A DNA stretch of 64,000 bases, taken from NCBI GenBank assembly GCA_013359225.1, contig JABWCG010000003.1, forward strand, positions 48,783 through 112,782, given 5' to 3'. Below are positions 1-9,717 of this stretch, one piece after another (the first letter of the stretch is position 1; the number at the start of each line of letters is the position of its first letter). Both the position numbers and the translations under genes were made by a program. This DNA comes from Candidatus Buchananbacteria bacterium (lineage in GTDB: Bacteria; Patescibacteriota; Patescibacteriia; Buchananbacterales; UBA6539). The notes beneath the pieces were generated by a model. It was given only the letters and a program-made list of their open reading frames with translations. It was not told the origin of the DNA and searched no databases.

Positions 1-98
1 GCATAATCAAATATGGTGATACAGTAGTTGACGGCAGCGTCAAACGAGCAATCGCCGATTTAAAACAATCAATGGTACAAATCTATGCAAAAAAATAA
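1..98 (+). CDS. atpH: ATP synthase F1 delta subunit (OSCP), C-terminal fragment; 5' end lies outside the window
   Basis: Frame 3 reads ...[31 protein letters not shown] and ends at 96-98. It sits immediately upstream of atpA in the canonical atpH-atpA-atpG-atpD-atpC order, and the DGS-containing C-terminus is typical of delta/OSCP. Confidence 0.5.
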   Translation, partial: IIKYGDTVVDGSVKRAIADLKQSMVQIYAKK

Positions 99-1596
99 CA
101 GCGATTACATAATTGACAGTTTGCGCCGACAACTGACGGATTTCCAACCTGAGGTCAAAACCGAACGAGTCGGTACCGTGGTCGAAATCGGTGACGGCGT
201 AGCAAAGATGACCGGGCTTTCACAAGTAATGGCCATGGAGATGCTTGAATTCCCTCACGGGATTATGGGCGTCACCCTCAACCTAGAAGAGGATTTGGTT
301 GGTGCCGTGATATTTGGTGAATTTAATGAAATTAAAGAAGGGGATACTGTCAAAGGCACCGGTACCGTTTTGTCAGTCCCAGTTGGCGAACAGTTAATCG
401 GCCGAGTTGTTGATTCGCTTGGCGTACCTCGCGACGGCAAAGGACCGATTAACACCACAAAGCGCTACCCTATTGAAAAAATTGCGCCACGCGTTATTGA
501 ACGACAGCCGGTAAACACTCCGCTGCAAACCGGCATTAAAGCCATCGACTCAATGATCCCAATTGGCCGCGGCCAACGTGAATTGATTATTGGTGACCGC
601 CAAACCGGTAAAACGGCTGTTGCCATTGATACTATCATCAACCAAAAAGGTAAAGACGTAATTTGTATCTACGTCGCTATTTCTCAAAAACAATCAAATG
701 TCGCCCGCGTTATCGCGAAACTTGAAGAACACGGCGCTATGGACTACACCACCATCGTTGTAGCCTCTGCTTCTGATCCGGCTTCAATGGCGTTTATCGC
801 ACCATACAGCGGCTGCGCGATCGGCGAATACTTCACCGATAACGGCAAAGATGTTTTGGTAATCTATGACGACTTAACCAAACAAGCTGCAGCCTATCGA
901 CAGGTATCACTCCTACTTCGCCGCCCACCCGGACGCGAGGCTTTTCCAGGAGACATTTTCTATCTACATTCCCGACTACTTGAACGCGCCTGCCGACTCA
1001 GCGATGAAAAAGGCGGCGGTTCTCTAACCGCTTTGCCAATCATTGAAACGCAAGCCGGAGATATTTCAGCCTACATCCCAACCAACGTCATTTCTATTAC
1101 TGACGGCCAAATCTTTTTAGAGTCTGATCTGTTCTATCAAGGTATCAGACCGGCTGTCAACGTTGGCTTATCCGTCTCACGTGTCGGTTCGGCCGCGCAA
1201 ACCAAGGCAATGAAAAAAGTTGCCGGCAAGTTGCGCTTAAGCCTCGCTCAGTATCGTGACTTGGCCGCTTTCGCGCAATTTGGTTCCGATCTTGATAAAG
1301 CCACCCAAGAACAAATCAACCGAGGAGCACGCATCACTGAAATCTTGAAACAGTACCAGTACGAGCCAATGTCTAACGAACACCAGGTTGCTATTTTGTA
1401 TGCTGCAATCAACGGCTACGTTGACGACATTACTGTTGAAAAGATGCGGGAATTTGAGGCTCATTTGCATCGCTACCTCGACATTCATGGCAAAGATGTT
1501 TTAAGCGCCGTTGCCAAAACGGGCGAACTCAATGAAGCAAACGAAGCCAAATTGAAATCATTAATTCAAGAGAGTAAAAAAGTATTTACTGTTTAA
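85..1596 (+). CDS. atpA: ATP synthase F1 alpha subunit
   Basis: 503 aa. Walker A GDRQTGKT, plus a conserved alpha-subunit stretch ([41 protein letters not shown]). Confidence 0.95.
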   Translation: MQKNNSDYIIDSLRRQLTDFQPEVKTERVGTVVEIGDGVAKMTGLSQVMAMEMLEFPHGIMGVTLNLEEDLVGAVIFGEFNEIKEGDTVKGTGTVLSVPVGEQLIGRVVDSLGVPRDGKGPINTTKRYPIEKIAPRVIERQPVNTPLQTGIKAIDSMIPIGRGQRELIIGDRQTGKTAVAIDTIINQKGKDVICIYVAISQKQSNVARVIAKLEEHGAMDYTTIVVASASDPASMAFIAPYSGCAIGEYFTDNGKDVLVIYDDLTKQAAAYRQVSLLLRRPPGREAFPGDIFYLHSRLLERACRLSDEKGGGSLTALPIIETQAGDISAYIPTNVISITDGQIFLESDLFYQGIRPAVNVGLSVSRVGSAAQTKAMKKVAGKLRLSLAQYRDLAAFAQFGSDLDKATQEQINRGARITEILKQYQYEPMSNEHQVAILYAAINGYVDDITVEKMREFEAHLHRYLDIHGKDVLSAVAKTGELNEANEAKLKSLIQESKKVFTV

Positions 1597-1599
1597 CCA

Positions 1600-2517
1600 A
1601 TGGCACTGCTAACCAGAAAAATTAAACGTCAGATTCAATCCGTTAAAAACACTCAAAAGATTACCAAGGCAATGGAGTTGGTATCGGGTGCGAAGATGCG
1701 CAAAGCTGTTAATGCGGTATTAACCTCCCGGCCATATTCCAACTTAGCCTGGCAAACTGTTGCCACGCTTTCCAACACCGTTGATCGTGAACTGCATGCT
1801 TTGTTGTTTGATCGGCAGACTGCAAAAAAAATTGGCGTGGTTTTAATCAGCGCTAACCGCGGTCTCTGTGGCGTTTTTAACCAGCAAATTGCCCGTGAAG
1901 CACTTCGGTTTGTTCAACAGGAGCAGCAGACACCCGACGTTGAAAAAATTGAATTTATCACACTCGGTCATAAAGGCGCCCAAATCATTGCCAAATCAGG
2001 CAACGTCATTGCATCAGATTTCACTAAGCCCGACGTGGTCACCGATATTAGTGAGATTTCTTCCGTTGCCAAAATGATCGTCCAACAGTACATCGACGGT
2101 GACTACGACAAAGTTGTACTAGTCTATACCGATTTTATTAATTCCCTCAAACAACGCCCGGAAATAAAACAATTATTACCAATTAAACAAAACGACAATT
2201 CTGGTCTAGGTAAAGTTGGTCAAGACGAGGAGCCGGCGTCCGCCAAAAAAGATGTCACTGAATATTTGTTTGAACCGTCAGCCGATTTTGTCTTGTCTCA
2301 TTTTCTGCCACGATTGATTGAGGTTCAAATCTACCAAGCAATTTTAGAATCAAACGCGTCAGAGCATAGTGCTCGAATGGTTGCTATGAAAAATGCTTCG
2401 GACGCGGCCAGCGATTTAATTAACGAATTAACATTAAGTTTTAACAAAGCTCGCCAAGCGGGAATCACTCAGGAAATCAGTGAAATCTCGGTTAGTAAGG
2501 CGGCATTAGAAGGATAA
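1600..2517 (+). CDS. atpG: ATP synthase F1 gamma subunit
   Basis: 305 aa. N-terminus MALLTRKIKRQIQSVKNTQKITKAMELVSGAKMRKA and C-terminal ...ITQEISEI are typical of gamma. Positioned between atpA and atpD. Confidence 0.9.
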   Translation: MALLTRKIKRQIQSVKNTQKITKAMELVSGAKMRKAVNAVLTSRPYSNLAWQTVATLSNTVDRELHALLFDRQTAKKIGVVLISANRGLCGVFNQQIAREALRFVQQEQQTPDVEKIEFITLGHKGAQIIAKSGNVIASDFTKPDVVTDISEISSVAKMIVQQYIDGDYDKVVLVYTDFINSLKQRPEIKQLLPIKQNDNSGLGKVGQDEEPASAKKDVTEYLFEPSADFVLSHFLPRLIEVQIYQAILESNASEHSARMVAMKNASDAASDLINELTLSFNKARQAGITQEISEISVSKAALEG

Positions 2518-3891
<1,374 letters not shown>

Positions 3892-3894
3892 CTT

Positions 3895-4326
3895 ATGGCT
3901 AAACTGCAAATCGAAATCATTACTCCCGAAAAAATAATTTATTCGGGGTCTGCCGATCAAATCACTCTGCCAACTGCTGCCGGACAGATTACGGTTTTGC
4001 CGTTGCATCAGCCTTTAATTAGCGCATTGACCGCCGGAGAAATTATCATTAAAGAAAATAATAATGAAATTTTCATGGCCGTTTCCACCGGCTTAATCCA
4101 GGTTCATCCCGATCAGGTGCGCATCTTAACTGACACCGCTGAACGCGTCGAAGATATTGACGAAGCGCGCGCTCAAGAAGCGCACCAACGCGCTCAAGAA
4201 CTGATGGCCGAGAAAAAAGACACCGTTGATTACACTCAGCTTTCCGCCAAAATCGAAAAAGAACTAGCCCGCCTACGCGTAGCTAAACGCCGACGGCATA
4301 TTAATCAACCTCATATTGAAAATTAA
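3895..4326 (+). CDS. atpC: ATP synthase F1 epsilon subunit
   Basis: 143 aa. N-terminal beta-sandwich (LQIEIITPEK..., VLPLHQPLIS) and a C-terminal helical hairpin. Terminal gene of the atp block. Confidence 0.9.
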   Translation: MAKLQIEIITPEKIIYSGSADQITLPTAAGQITVLPLHQPLISALTAGEIIIKENNNEIFMAVSTGLIQVHPDQVRILTDTAERVEDIDEARAQEAHQRAQELMAEKKDTVDYTQLSAKIEKELARLRVAKRRRHINQPHIEN

Positions 4327-4330
4327 TTTT

Positions 4331-4750
4331 ATGTCTAAACATTCTTGCGCTTCTTTAGTCTTGCGATGTATTGATTTTCGCATTCCACCAAAAAATTTAT
4401 CTGAATTGCTAAACACAGCCGGTCTCTGTCACGATGGTGATTATGACTTAGTATCTGTTGCCGGGGCCGGCAAAGATTTGCTATCAGCAAATGAAGCTGA
4501 AAAAGAATTCATCTTAAAACAAATCAGAATTTCCAAAAAGCTTCATGAAATAAAAAATATTTATATCTTGATGCACGATAACTGCGGCGCCTATGGTATT
4601 GCCGATGCTGTTCAAGAAGAAAAAACACAATCTGAACATCTCCAAATCATCCGCGAACAACTAATCAAAGAATTTCCCGACATCAAAATCAAAGGGTTAA
4701 TTGTTACTGGCGTTCCCTCTGGATCGCTTGGTCTTAAAACTATTCTCTAG
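4331..4750 (+). CDS. Small beta-carbonic-anhydrase-like protein (CxDxR ... HxxCG zinc-ligand motifs), tightly coupled to atpC
   Basis: The ORF track starts at 4316, overlapping atpC; the ATG at 4331 is more plausible. Motifs RCIDFR and HDNCGAYG match the beta-CA zinc ligands (Cys-x-Asp-x-Arg, His-x-x-Cys-Gly). It is short (139 aa), so function is uncertain. Confidence 0.4.
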   Translation: MSKHSCASLVLRCIDFRIPPKNLSELLNTAGLCHDGDYDLVSVAGAGKDLLSANEAEKEFILKQIRISKKLHEIKNIYILMHDNCGAYGIADAVQEEKTQSEHLQIIREQLIKEFPDIKIKGLIVTGVPSGSLGLKTIL

Positions 4751-4764
4751 TCCAAAATCTTATT

Positions 4765-4797
4765 CAAAAATCCCGCTAGTTAGCGGGGTTTTGGTAT
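4765..4797. terminator. Bidirectional rho-independent terminator between the atp block and a convergent minus-strand gene
   Basis: Hairpin cccgctagttagcggg (4772-4787) is flanked by an A-run upstream and gttttggtatt downstream. Confidence 0.6.
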
Positions 4798-4850
4798 TAA
4801 AAAATAAGCAGTTTTACGAGATGCTTAAGCTCGGTAACGCAGAAGGCGCG

Positions 4851-5147
4851 CTATTCAATGCGTCCTTCGTCGGCGCGGCTGGTGTGCTTGGGGTTGAGGC
4901 ACGATTCTTCGTGCACCACGCCACACACGGCGCGACGTTCTTCAGGAGTTGCGCGCACCCACCAGTTGCCACCACGCCACAAGGCGTAGGTGAAAAGTCC
5001 GAGGGGGATGGTGAGCATCCCCGGTATGTGTTCGTTAGGGTTAACCCCTTGAATGAATATGACGTACAGGTCGTACGCCAGAAACATCACGAACAGAAGG
5101 CCTAGAATCACCACCTCAACGAAAAAATGCGGTTTTTCGATCTTCAC
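4851..5147 (-). CDS. Small 2-TM membrane protein in a GC-rich patch; possible PLD-nuclease N-terminal (PLDc_N)-like domain
   Basis: 98 aa with two hydrophobic helices (VVILGLLFVMFLAYDLYVIF; MLTIPLGLFTYALWRGG) and a charged C-terminal tail. The segment is clearly GC-richer than its flanks. The overlapping plus-strand ORF 4701-5105 runs through the terminator and the upstream gene, so I rejected it. Confidence 0.35.
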   Translation of the reverse strand: MKIEKPHFFVEVVILGLLFVMFLAYDLYVIFIQGVNPNEHIPGMLTIPLGLFTYALWRGGNWWVRATPEERRAVCGVVHEESCLNPKHTSRADEGRIE

Positions 5148-5289
5148 GACAACACTCCTTAACTTTTAGTGTGCTTTGATTTATTTCTTGAGCAGGCATA
5201 CATATCCTACTAAGAAATTATATAATACCATATATTTAATAAATAGTCAATAGTTACAAGAAAAAATAGCTATAATTAGTAATAAAATT

Positions 5290-5326
5290 AAGTGATGTCG
5301 CCGAAAAAATATTTTTTTGCTATAAT
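5290..5326 (+). promoter_or_regulatory. Putative extended -10 promoter (TGcTATAAT) for the cyclophilin gene
   Basis: tttttgcTATAATcat lies about 40 nt upstream of the ATG at 5365, within a very AT-rich intergenic region. Confidence 0.35.
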
Positions 5327-5364
5327 CATAACCATCACTAAAAAATAACCAAAATCAATACTTT

Positions 5365-6021
5365 ATGAAAAAATATTTGCTGCTGTTAGCCCTTCTAGCC
5401 TTATCAGCCGGTTGCCAAAAAACTAATACCGCCGCCGATAGCTACAGCCAAACCAACACCAACGCGCCTAAAACTCAAAACATAATTAATAATAATGACA
5501 CCACTTCAATGACTGATACTACGACCGTCGACTTGGAAAATGTTTCCCAGGCCGTCATTAAAACTAATCTAGGGGATATCACGGTTGAATTCTATAAAAC
5601 TGATTCGCCCAATACCGTCAAAAACTTCGTTAAATTAGCAACCTCAGGTTATTACGACGGTGTTAAATTCCATCGCGTAATTAAGGACTTTATGATCCAA
5701 GCCGGTGATCCACTAAGCAAAGACGACTCTATGAAATTACGCTGGGGGACTGGCGGTCCAGGTTACTATTTTGATGATGAAATTAACACCCATAAGCTGG
5801 TTAAAGGTTCACTGGCCATGGCTAACGCCGGACCAAATACCAACGGTAGTCAGTTTTTTATTGTCACCGCTGACGCCACTCCATGGCTCGATGGTAAACA
5901 TACTAACTTTGGCCGAGTTACTAGTGGGCTCGACGTTGTGGAAAAAATTGGTAATGTCGAAACTGGTGCTGCTGATCGCCCGGTTGAAGCCGTTATTATT
6001 GAATCAATTGAAATTAAATAA
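5365..6021 (+). CDS. Peptidyl-prolyl cis-trans isomerase, cyclophilin type; predicted lipoprotein
   Basis: Signal peptide with lipobox LSAGC. Cyclophilin blocks FHRVIKDFMIQAGDP, GSLAMANAGPNTNGSQFFIV and HTNFGRV are present. Confidence 0.9.
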   Translation: MKKYLLLLALLALSAGCQKTNTAADSYSQTNTNAPKTQNIINNNDTTSMTDTTTVDLENVSQAVIKTNLGDITVEFYKTDSPNTVKNFVKLATSGYYDGVKFHRVIKDFMIQAGDPLSKDDSMKLRWGTGGPGYYFDDEINTHKLVKGSLAMANAGPNTNGSQFFIVTADATPWLDGKHTNFGRVTSGLDVVEKIGNVETGAADRPVEAVIIESIEIK

Positions 6022-6035
6022 ACTCCCGCCAGGCC

Positions 6036-6064
6036 TTGACTTTAATGACAATAGGTAGTAGAGT
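6036..6064 (+). promoter_or_regulatory. Putative sigma-70 promoter for the cold-shock gene: TTGACT, 17 nt spacer, TAGAGT; followed by a roughly 120 nt 5' leader
   Basis: Hexamers read at 6036-6041 and 6059-6064. A long 5' UTR is typical of csp genes. Confidence 0.4.
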
Positions 6065-6188
6065 GTAAAAAGTTGTTAATGGTATTAAATAACATTAAAA
6101 TCGTTAACAAATGGCATAGTTTAAGAGTAGAAATAAAGTCGAATTTCTGCCACAAGCTATAGCACTAATCAACTTTATTTCTACAATC

Positions 6189-6383
6189 ATGCAAGGAACA
6201 ATCAAAAAATTGACTGACAAGCATTTTGGTTTTATCAGTCAAGACGGCGGAAAAGATTTATTCTTCCACGCCAATGAGCTTGATGGCGTTAGTTTCAGTG
6301 ATCTACGAGAAGGCGACACCGTTACTTTCGAAGTAACTGAAGGTCCAAAAGGTCCAGCCGCTACTCAAGTCAAAAGAGCCTAA
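6189..6383 (+). CDS. cspA: Cold-shock protein (CspA family, single cold-shock domain)
   Basis: 64 aa. KWFNDKKGFGFI-like start (LTDKHFGFISQDGGKDLFFH) and RNP motifs. Confidence 0.9.
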   Translation: MQGTIKKLTDKHFGFISQDGGKDLFFHANELDGVSFSDLREGDTVTFEVTEGPKGPAATQVKRA

Positions 6384-6404
6384 CCATTCAATTCAACTTG
6401 AAAC

Positions 6405-6432
6405 AAAAAATCGCCCGAAAGGCGATTTTTTG
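6405..6432 (+). terminator. Rho-independent terminator after csp
   Basis: aaaaaatcgcccgaaaggcgattttttga: GC stem of 6 bp with a cgaaa loop and a T6 tail. Confidence 0.7.
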
Positions 6433-6445
6433 ATATAGTAAATTT

Positions 6446-7210
6446 ATGAGCTTAAAAACGACTGCCATTATTGCTGCTAAAAAAGCTGGCAAGGAATTGC
6501 TAAAACTTTCTGATGAAAAAATAAAATACCGGCTGAAAAAGAAACATGATATTTTAGCCGAAGCTGATTTAAAATCAGAAAAAATTATTATTAATGAAAT
6601 CCGAAAGCATTACCCGGCCCACAGCATTCTTTCCGAAGAGATGGGTCAAGATTTGAATACTTCAAACTACCTCTGGGTGATTGACCCAGTTGATGGAACG
6701 ATTAATTTTTCCCGGCAGCTTAATGACTACTGCATTTCCATTGCCGTTGCTAAAAAAAATGAGCTGATCCTAGGGTTAATTTATAACCCAGTGACACAAG
6801 AAATGTTTATCGCTGAAAAAAATAAAGGCGCTTTCTTAAATGGCAAAAAATTAAAAGTCTCAAACGAAAACAAAACAATCAACATGCTATTGGCAACTGA
6901 CAATTCTTCCAACCCGCAAATTAGAAAAAATAATTATCGCATCCTGCAAAAAGTCTGTACTGATTTTCGACATATCAGAATTTTTGGTAGTGGCGCGCTC
7001 CATCTAGCCAAAGTCGCCTCTGGCAAAATTGACGCTTACTATAAAACAAAATTTAATTATTGGGATTATGCAGCCGGAGTTTTACTGGTTCAAGAAGCAG
7101 GTGGCAAAGCAACCGATTTAAATGGTAATAATATTACTACCAAATCAAAAAGCATTATCGCCTCCAACGGCAAAATCCATCAACAAATTATTAGGATATT
7201 AAAAAAATAA
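6446..7210 (+). CDS. Inositol monophosphatase family protein (SuhB/IMPase-like)
   Basis: 254 aa. Motifs EEMG, WVIDPVDGTINF and a C-terminal WDYAAG. Confidence 0.85.
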   Translation: MSLKTTAIIAAKKAGKELLKLSDEKIKYRLKKKHDILAEADLKSEKIIINEIRKHYPAHSILSEEMGQDLNTSNYLWVIDPVDGTINFSRQLNDYCISIAVAKKNELILGLIYNPVTQEMFIAEKNKGAFLNGKKLKVSNENKTINMLLATDNSSNPQIRKNNYRILQKVCTDFRHIRIFGSGALHLAKVASGKIDAYYKTKFNYWDYAAGVLLVQEAGGKATDLNGNNITTKSKSIIASNGKIHQQIIRILKK

Positions 7211-7213
7211 TTC

Positions 7214-7846
7214 ATGCTAATAGTCAAAATTTTAGTAATCACCACTTTTATCACCTTTATTTTATTAGCCAGCATTGATGCCTCAATATTTGATAGCCGT
7301 TGGTACGAAAAACAGTTCACTAAAAATAATATTTACCAAACCTTAGACGCCAAGCGGGTTACTGACCAAACCGAGAATTTGTTTAGTTATCTTAAAAATG
7401 AAAATTCACTTGATTCACAGTATTACACCAATCGCGAAGTTACTCATCTGACCGATATTAAAAACATCATTAACATTCTACAAATTACAACCTTTATCAG
7501 TTTAGCCGGACTGGTCAGCGGCCTTTTACTAATTTACCAACGCGAAAAAAAAGCTGCTTTAATTAAAATCTTATCCATCGCGGCAGTGACGGCAATCGTC
7601 TTTTATACTTCGCTTGGCCTCCTTATTACTTACAATTTTGACCAATTTTTTTCAATCCTCCATCAGTTATCTTTTAGAAATGATTTTTGGTTACTTGATC
7701 CAACTACCGAGAACCTGATTAATATCTTTCCACCAAACCTATTTGCGGCACTCGGTTCAACGATTATTGCAAAAGCAATTTTGGCATCACTTATCACTTT
7801 GATTCTCGCTCGACTTTGGCTCCTGAAATCAAATAAAAAAGGTTGA
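7214..7846 (+). CDS. Integral membrane protein, DUF1461/TIGR01906-like
   Basis: 210 aa, multi-pass. The conserved block FRNDFWLLDPTTENLINIFPP resembles the TIGR01906 family. Confidence 0.4.
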   Translation: MLIVKILVITTFITFILLASIDASIFDSRWYEKQFTKNNIYQTLDAKRVTDQTENLFSYLKNENSLDSQYYTNREVTHLTDIKNIINILQITTFISLAGLVSGLLLIYQREKKAALIKILSIAAVTAIVFYTSLGLLITYNFDQFFSILHQLSFRNDFWLLDPTTENLINIFPPNLFAALGSTIIAKAILASLITLILARLWLLKSNKKG

Positions 7847-7857
7847 GTAACTCTTCG

Positions 7858-8580
7858 TTAATCAACCTCAATCACTTTCCTCCAGGTCGAATCTGCCTCG
7901 ACCCTTTTTTCAAATTGTCTAGCATACCGTTCATGGTAGCAAATGTGATATGCCACAATCGTAGTCAGTATCCGCCAAATGGTAAACAGGCGGGTAATGA
8001 CACGGCCAAAGACCGCATAAAACCCAACCACCGTCACGATTGCCAAGCCCCAGCCAAACACGCTGCCAAGCCAATGGCTTGAACCAAGTATGTTTGGCAA
8101 AAGTACTGCTGTGACAAACTGAGCGGCGATAAAGTACGCCACTAACACCAGCAACGCCCCCAGACCAAGAAAGCCAAAGTGCAAGAGCAGCTTTTCTACT
8201 CTCGGAATCCAACCCATGCGCTTTTCAAGCTGCCAATGGCCACCTTCGTGCGCCAACACTCGTGTTACTTCATCGTCAAAGTGTTGTTTGGCCTCTTCGT
8301 AGGTTGGCGGCCGATGCTTATCCTGCGAAAACAGGAAAATCTCAAGCACGTCAATCGTGATGCTCATTGTCTGAGCATTGAACTGTCCCAGAGTACCGTC
8401 AACCGGTCCCATGGTAAACTCGACTTCAGGCTCATGCTCCGGCGCTACGATGTTATGTTCCGCGTTCACTCGGCGAATCAGTTCGCAAAAAAGCGATTTG
8501 TCAAACCGAAATCGGGGAACAAACATCGACGAAATCATCAGCCGAAACAAGCGCTGCAAATCCTTAACCGACGGGGTCAT
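7858..8580 (-). CDS. HExxH zinc metallopeptidase-like protein with three C-terminal TM helices; last gene of the GC-rich island
   Basis: 240 aa. LAHEGGHW carries the zincin HExxH motif. It is followed by hydrophobic helices (LGLGALLVLVAYFIAAQFVTAVLL; WGLAIVTVVGFYAVF; ILTTIVAYHICY). GC-rich. Confidence 0.55.
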   Translation of the reverse strand: MTPSVKDLQRLFRLMISSMFVPRFRFDKSLFCELIRRVNAEHNIVAPEHEPEVEFTMGPVDGTLGQFNAQTMSITIDVLEIFLFSQDKHRPPTYEEAKQHFDDEVTRVLAHEGGHWQLEKRMGWIPRVEKLLLHFGFLGLGALLVLVAYFIAAQFVTAVLLPNILGSSHWLGSVFGWGLAIVTVVGFYAVFGRVITRLFTIWRILTTIVAYHICYHERYARQFEKRVEADSTWRKVIEVD

Positions 8581-8618
8581 TCGCTACTCCTTTTTCGGTA
8601 GTTACCTAAATCGCCGTC

Positions 8619-9542
8619 TCAATAAGACACAAGCGATTCATCCAAGATTTCATGATATCGCCACGAAACAGCGCGCAGGTCAGGACGTTGTTGTCCTAAA
8701 ACAACAGTATGGAGTTTTGCTCCTAGCTTGGCGAGCGATGACACCACCCATTCAACATCAAAACCCTCAGTACCGTCCGTCACCAAAAGGATTTTAATGT
8801 CATCAAGCCCAAGCTCTTTCAGCAGTTCGAAGCAAGCACGAAATGCTAGATCAATATGTGTCCCACCGTTGTGGTAAACAATTGATCCAAGCGCTCGTTG
8901 CAGTTCTTCCAGCTTCGCCCGGCCGCTTGCCTGATGTGGACAATCAGCCTGATCGGAAAAGGTAATCAGCGCATAATCAGCGTCGTGATCAATACACTTA
9001 CCAACCAAGCGCTCGCTTAAGCGCCGCGCCCAGCGACTTCGGTTATACTCTTTCATGCTGCCGGAGCAATCCAGCACCTCAATCACTGCCTTGCCGGCTG
9101 GTTCTTCAACCACGGTTTCTGCCAGATGCTCCACCACGCTTAATTGCCCGGTGGCTGCCTTGGCAAAAAAAGTCTCATCTTCTAGAGCATGTTCGCTTCG
9201 AAGAATGCGGGGGATTTCACTAAATCCCATCATCGGCCGAACATTGATATCATCAGCCGGAATTTCCGACGGCTGCAACTCCACATGAGTTTTGCCACCG
9301 TGAGAAAATTCAATCTCCGACACGATACGCTCAATCAACTTGTTAGGATCCTGCGGCCTCACTGCTTCACGCGATTCGGCAGCCTGCTTGTCGGCGCCAT
9401 TGCCTGGCTCATCACCCGACTCAGCAGGCGGCTGCGGACCCTGATCGTCCGACCGAAATGATTGCCGTAAATGCTTCATCAGCTGCCAGGCGATATACGC
9501 CGCGCCAGCCAACAATCCTCCACCAATCACAAAAGGTAGCAT
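8619..9542 (-). CDS. von Willebrand factor A (vWA) domain protein with N-terminal TM anchor, ViaA-like
   Basis: 307 aa. N-terminal helix MLPFVIGGGLLAGAAYIAWQL, then an acidic linker. MIDAS motif D-x-S-x-S (VLDCSGSM), plus T (ITFSD) and D (LVTDGTEG). Strong SD sequence (aagggaggtga) before the ATG. Confidence 0.75.
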   Translation of the reverse strand: MLPFVIGGGLLAGAAYIAWQLMKHLRQSFRSDDQGPQPPAESGDEPGNGADKQAAESREAVRPQDPNKLIERIVSEIEFSHGGKTHVELQPSEIPADDINVRPMMGFSEIPRILRSEHALEDETFFAKAATGQLSVVEHLAETVVEEPAGKAVIEVLDCSGSMKEYNRSRWARRLSERLVGKCIDHDADYALITFSDQADCPHQASGRAKLEELQRALGSIVYHNGGTHIDLAFRACFELLKELGLDDIKILLVTDGTEGFDVEWVVSSLAKLGAKLHTVVLGQQRPDLRAVSWRYHEILDESLVSY

Positions 9543-9659
9543 CGGGCTTCACCTCCCTTGGTTTTTATAGCTCAAAAGCTTTCACCCTAATTGACAAAGA
9601 TCCTTTGAACATTCAATCAACAGGATTGACTGCTCAAACATCTTAATCAAAAAATAGGC

Positions 9660-9693
9660 GATGAGTGGTTTGATATTGTCCAAACCACTCATC
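9660..9693 (-). terminator. Strong hairpin with T-run (minus-strand orientation) between the ATPase and vWA genes; terminator or attenuator
   Basis: gatgagtggtttg-atattgtc-caaaccactcatc: 13-bp perfect stem. On the minus strand it is followed by gcctattttttga. Confidence 0.5.
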
Positions 9694-9717
9694 GAACACG
9701 AATCCTTCCTCTCGTAC

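Noticed and set aside
4701-5105. Plus-strand 134-aa ORF overlapping the end of the beta-CA-like gene, the bidirectional terminator and the GC-rich patch
   Set aside because: It starts inside the upstream gene and reads through a clear terminator hairpin. The opposite-strand ORF 4851-5147 has a plausible two-helix membrane topology and a proper stop before the terminator. In GC-rich DNA spurious long ORFs on the opposite strand are expected.
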